This document shows, one piece after another, positions 25,808 through 27,802 of a stretch of 27,802 nucleotides of DNA. Location of the stretch: the NCBI GenBank assembly GCA_039683575.1, contig JBDKRC010000188.1:1-27802 (forward strand). Direction: 5' to 3'. The stretch is from Armatimonadia bacterium (GTDB lineage: Bacteria; Armatimonadota; Zipacnadia; Zipacnadales; UBA11051). The translations under genes and the position numbers were made by a program. The notes beneath the pieces are model-generated. The model saw only the letters and a program-made list of their open reading frames with translations, had not been told where the DNA came from and did no database searches. Within the stretch, counting starts at the first letter, position 1; every line of letters starts with the position of its first letter.

Positions 25808-25842
25808 ATTCGCCCCCAGACTGAGCTAGCCTGGAGGCGAAT
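25808..25842 (-). terminator. Strand-specific RNA hairpin downstream of the 26762-25956 gene
   Basis: Minus strand ATTCGCCTCCAGGCT-agctc-AGTCTGGGGGCGAAT forms 15 bp with two G-U pairs (mismatches on the plus strand), followed by TGCTT. Confidence 0.5.
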
Positions 25843-25955
25843 GGTGAATATCGAGCTGGCGGGGAGTGATCCGGACCGGACACACAATCAGGGCGTCGGC
25901 CCCCGCAGATCAGTCTATGGGCCCCTGCGGGGCTCTCTCGGGGAGAACATAGGCG

Positions 25956-26762
25956 TCAGCGCACGGCCCTGGCTGCCAGTGCATGCCTGATGCCGCTAAG
26001 CCAATCAGTCGCCACCGCCTGGGGCTGCCTGCCCAGTACCTTGCCATCCCCCGTTGTGGCGGTGACCACAAGCTTGCCAGCCGCCAGGACTCTCCAGCCG
26101 CTTGAACCGGGGCTGATCGTCAGGTCGGCGGGTTTGACGGGCCTGGCCAACCACGCCCGCAATGCGGTCGCTGCCGCCGCCGCGCGTTTGCTCGCAGCCG
26201 ATTTGCCACTGCCAGCAGGGATGAGCAAAGCTCTGTTGCCATTGATCAGCACACTCGCATAGCTTTTGCCCTGCAGGCTTACCCGCCCCACGCTCACTGT
26301 TACCGCCAGCTTGGCCGGCCGCTGAGCGGCAGCCACCTCCGCTTCGGTCGCACGCTGCAACTGCCCCCTCAGTCCTGCCTGCACCGCGTGCTCCAGGTCA
26401 GCATGGGACCAACCGAACCCGACTGGCATGCGGAAGGCAACCGCGGCCATCTTCCTCTGATAGGGGAATTTGGCCAGCGGTGAGCCGTTCAGCTCGATCG
26501 TCAGGCAGCGGTGGCCACTTTGGCGCCAGCGTTTCAAACCGCGACCCTCATCCCCAAAGTCTATCATCTCCAGTGACACATCCGGCGCGTACCTGGCCTT
26601 CAGGGCATTGAGGAAGTCCACAGTCGCTGCCTGACAGCCACTGGACACGTTGATGTAGGCGCGGATCGCCACCGGCTGGCGCCGCGGTGCGGCGACGAGG
26701 AGGGTTGGCACCAGTGCCAGTACAATGAGCAGGGCCCTGCCGCGTATGACTGTCCCTGTCAC
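25956..26762 (-). CDS. Secreted hypothetical protein with possible thioredoxin-like N-terminal domain
   Basis: 268 aa from the GTG at 26762, overlapping the upstream TGA. Signal peptide, then IRAYINVSSGCQ-helix-VSLEMIDF...HRCLTIELNG (beta-alpha-beta pattern with two Cys) and a basic Ala-rich C-terminal domain. Confidence 0.65.
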   Translation of the reverse strand: MTGTVIRGRALLIVLALVPTLLVAAPRRQPVAIRAYINVSSGCQAATVDFLNALKARYAPDVSLEMIDFGDEGRGLKRWRQSGHRCLTIELNGSPLAKFPYQRKMAAVAFRMPVGFGWSHADLEHAVQAGLRGQLQRATEAEVAAAQRPAKLAVTVSVGRVSLQGKSYASVLINGNRALLIPAGSGKSAASKRAAAAATALRAWLARPVKPADLTISPGSSGWRVLAAGKLVVTATTGDGKVLGRQPQAVATDWLSGIRHALAARAVR

Positions 26763-27622
26763 TGGCCTGCCGCCTTGGCCTGCAGCGTGACCTTCTCTGT
26801 GCCCCGCGCAACGTCCAGCGTCCTGAGGACGCCATTGTCTGCTTTGAGTCTGGTGAGGAGCCGGTCGAGGTCTATGGGGCACTTCACCGGTTGTCCATTG
26901 GCTCCCCTGATGACATCCTTGGGCTGCACCCCGAAGGAAGCGGCGAGGCCGCCCGGCGTTACCCCCTCGATGCCTGCGCCAACGCCGAAGGCACTGTCGG
27001 CCGGGGAGCGGACGATCGTCACGCCTAGAGCCTCCTCAACCCGGTCTGCCGGACACCGTCCTGTTGCCGCCGGCGCCTGGGCCGCGGCGTCCGCTTCGGT
27101 CACTGTGACGACGCCGTCCTGGAATGAGACCTTCAGTCCCAGCGCCTCGGCCAGTGGGCGCAGCGGGACGTAGCTGATACCGTTGAGCAGACGCGGGCAC
27201 AGCGGCCAGGAGACCATCTGTGTGTCGCCACCCTTACTGATCGTCACGGCGTGGCTGCCCAGGGTCAATTCGACCCGGCGTGAGCCCCGGGTGAGCACGA
27301 AATGGCGCTGACCACCCCATTCGAGGTCGGCCCCCGTCATCGTAAGCAGGCGTGCGGGCACCAGCAGCGATCCAGTGACCTCGATCGAGTCAACAGCGTG
27401 CCTAGCACCATTGTAGACCAGGGTGATCGGTGTAGTCTGGCAGACATAGCGCGGTCCGGACAGCACCGTCCGCCCACCAGAGGTGGCGGATGTGGGCTGC
27501 GCCTGTCCCTTGACCAACGGGCAGCACGGGCCGTAGCCCCCGCTCCTAGCTGGCTCAGCCTGAACCGCAAGAGCGACTACAAGCACGGACATGACGACGG
27601 CAAGAAAGAGCATCCTGCACAT
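26759..27622 (-). CDS. Secreted protein with copper amine oxidase N-terminal (stalk)-like domain and C-terminal PDZ domain
   Basis: Signal peptide; P.LLNGISYVPLRPLAEALGLKVSF (stalk domain motif); LGV...VTPGGLAASFGVQPKDVIRGANGQPV...VARG (PDZ). ATG at 27622 preceded by GAGGT (alternative GTG at 27637). Confidence 0.8.
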   Translation of the reverse strand: MCRMLFLAVVMSVLVVALAVQAEPARSGGYGPCCPLVKGQAQPTSATSGGRTVLSGPRYVCQTTPITLVYNGARHAVDSIEVTGSLLVPARLLTMTGADLEWGGQRHFVLTRGSRRVELTLGSHAVTISKGGDTQMVSWPLCPRLLNGISYVPLRPLAEALGLKVSFQDGVVTVTEADAAAQAPAATGRCPADRVEEALGVTIVRSPADSAFGVGAGIEGVTPGGLAASFGVQPKDVIRGANGQPVKCPIDLDRLLTRLKADNGVLRTLDVARGTEKVTLQAKAAGQ

Positions 27623-27802
27623 ATTGATCAACCTCACCTGTGACTATAACCACAGCTCAGGGGACGAACGCAAGCAGTCGTTGGTTCTTCAATGTGCTGG
27701 TATACAGTGACCGTAGACTGGGGGACGCTCTCTCAGCAACGCCCCTATGCCCCCACTAACCCGTACCCTATTCCACTGACTGTATTGCTCGCCGTGTTCC
27801 AC

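Noticed and set aside
25816-25828. tRNA-like TAGCTCAGTCTGG on the minus strand
   Set aside because: No anticodon arm, T-loop (GTTCRA) or acceptor stem; explained by a simple hairpin.

Overview
High-GC bacterial chromosomal window. The gene repertoire suggests an Armatimonadota/Planctomycetota-like heterotroph (inference only). From left to right it contains: (1) a copper/metal-handling cluster of a Spy/CpxP-like protein, TolC and a Met-rich YHS lipoprotein; (2) a chimeric gene remnant joining an UrtA/AmiC-like fragment to a histidine-kinase tail; (3) a GH36 alpha-galactosidase, divergent from a secreted IPT/TIG protein of unknown function; (4) a four-gene signalling locus (1438-aa Cache-HAMP-GAF-5xPAS kinase, Rcp1-type receiver, atypical REC-PAS hybrid kinase, NarL-type receiver lacking an HTH); (5) a secreted Cys-motif protein plus a PQQ-propeller/methyltransferase-like/malectin protein; (6) a Gfo/Idh/MocA oxidoreductase with a divergent AroD-like enzyme; (7) an SGNH hydrolase, a deacetylase-like protein and a helical glycosidase-like protein; (8) a coupled pair of secreted Cys-containing proteins. 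The most notable non-coding signal is a shared bipartite motif, G(C/A/G)AGG(A/G)-N14/15-NGCGAA, upstream of four catabolic genes (three of them 38-44 nt from the start codon), suggesting an alternative-sigma (sigmaH-like) regulon. No rRNA, tRNA, CRISPR array or transposase was seen. All family assignments come from motifs recognised by eye; no searches were run.
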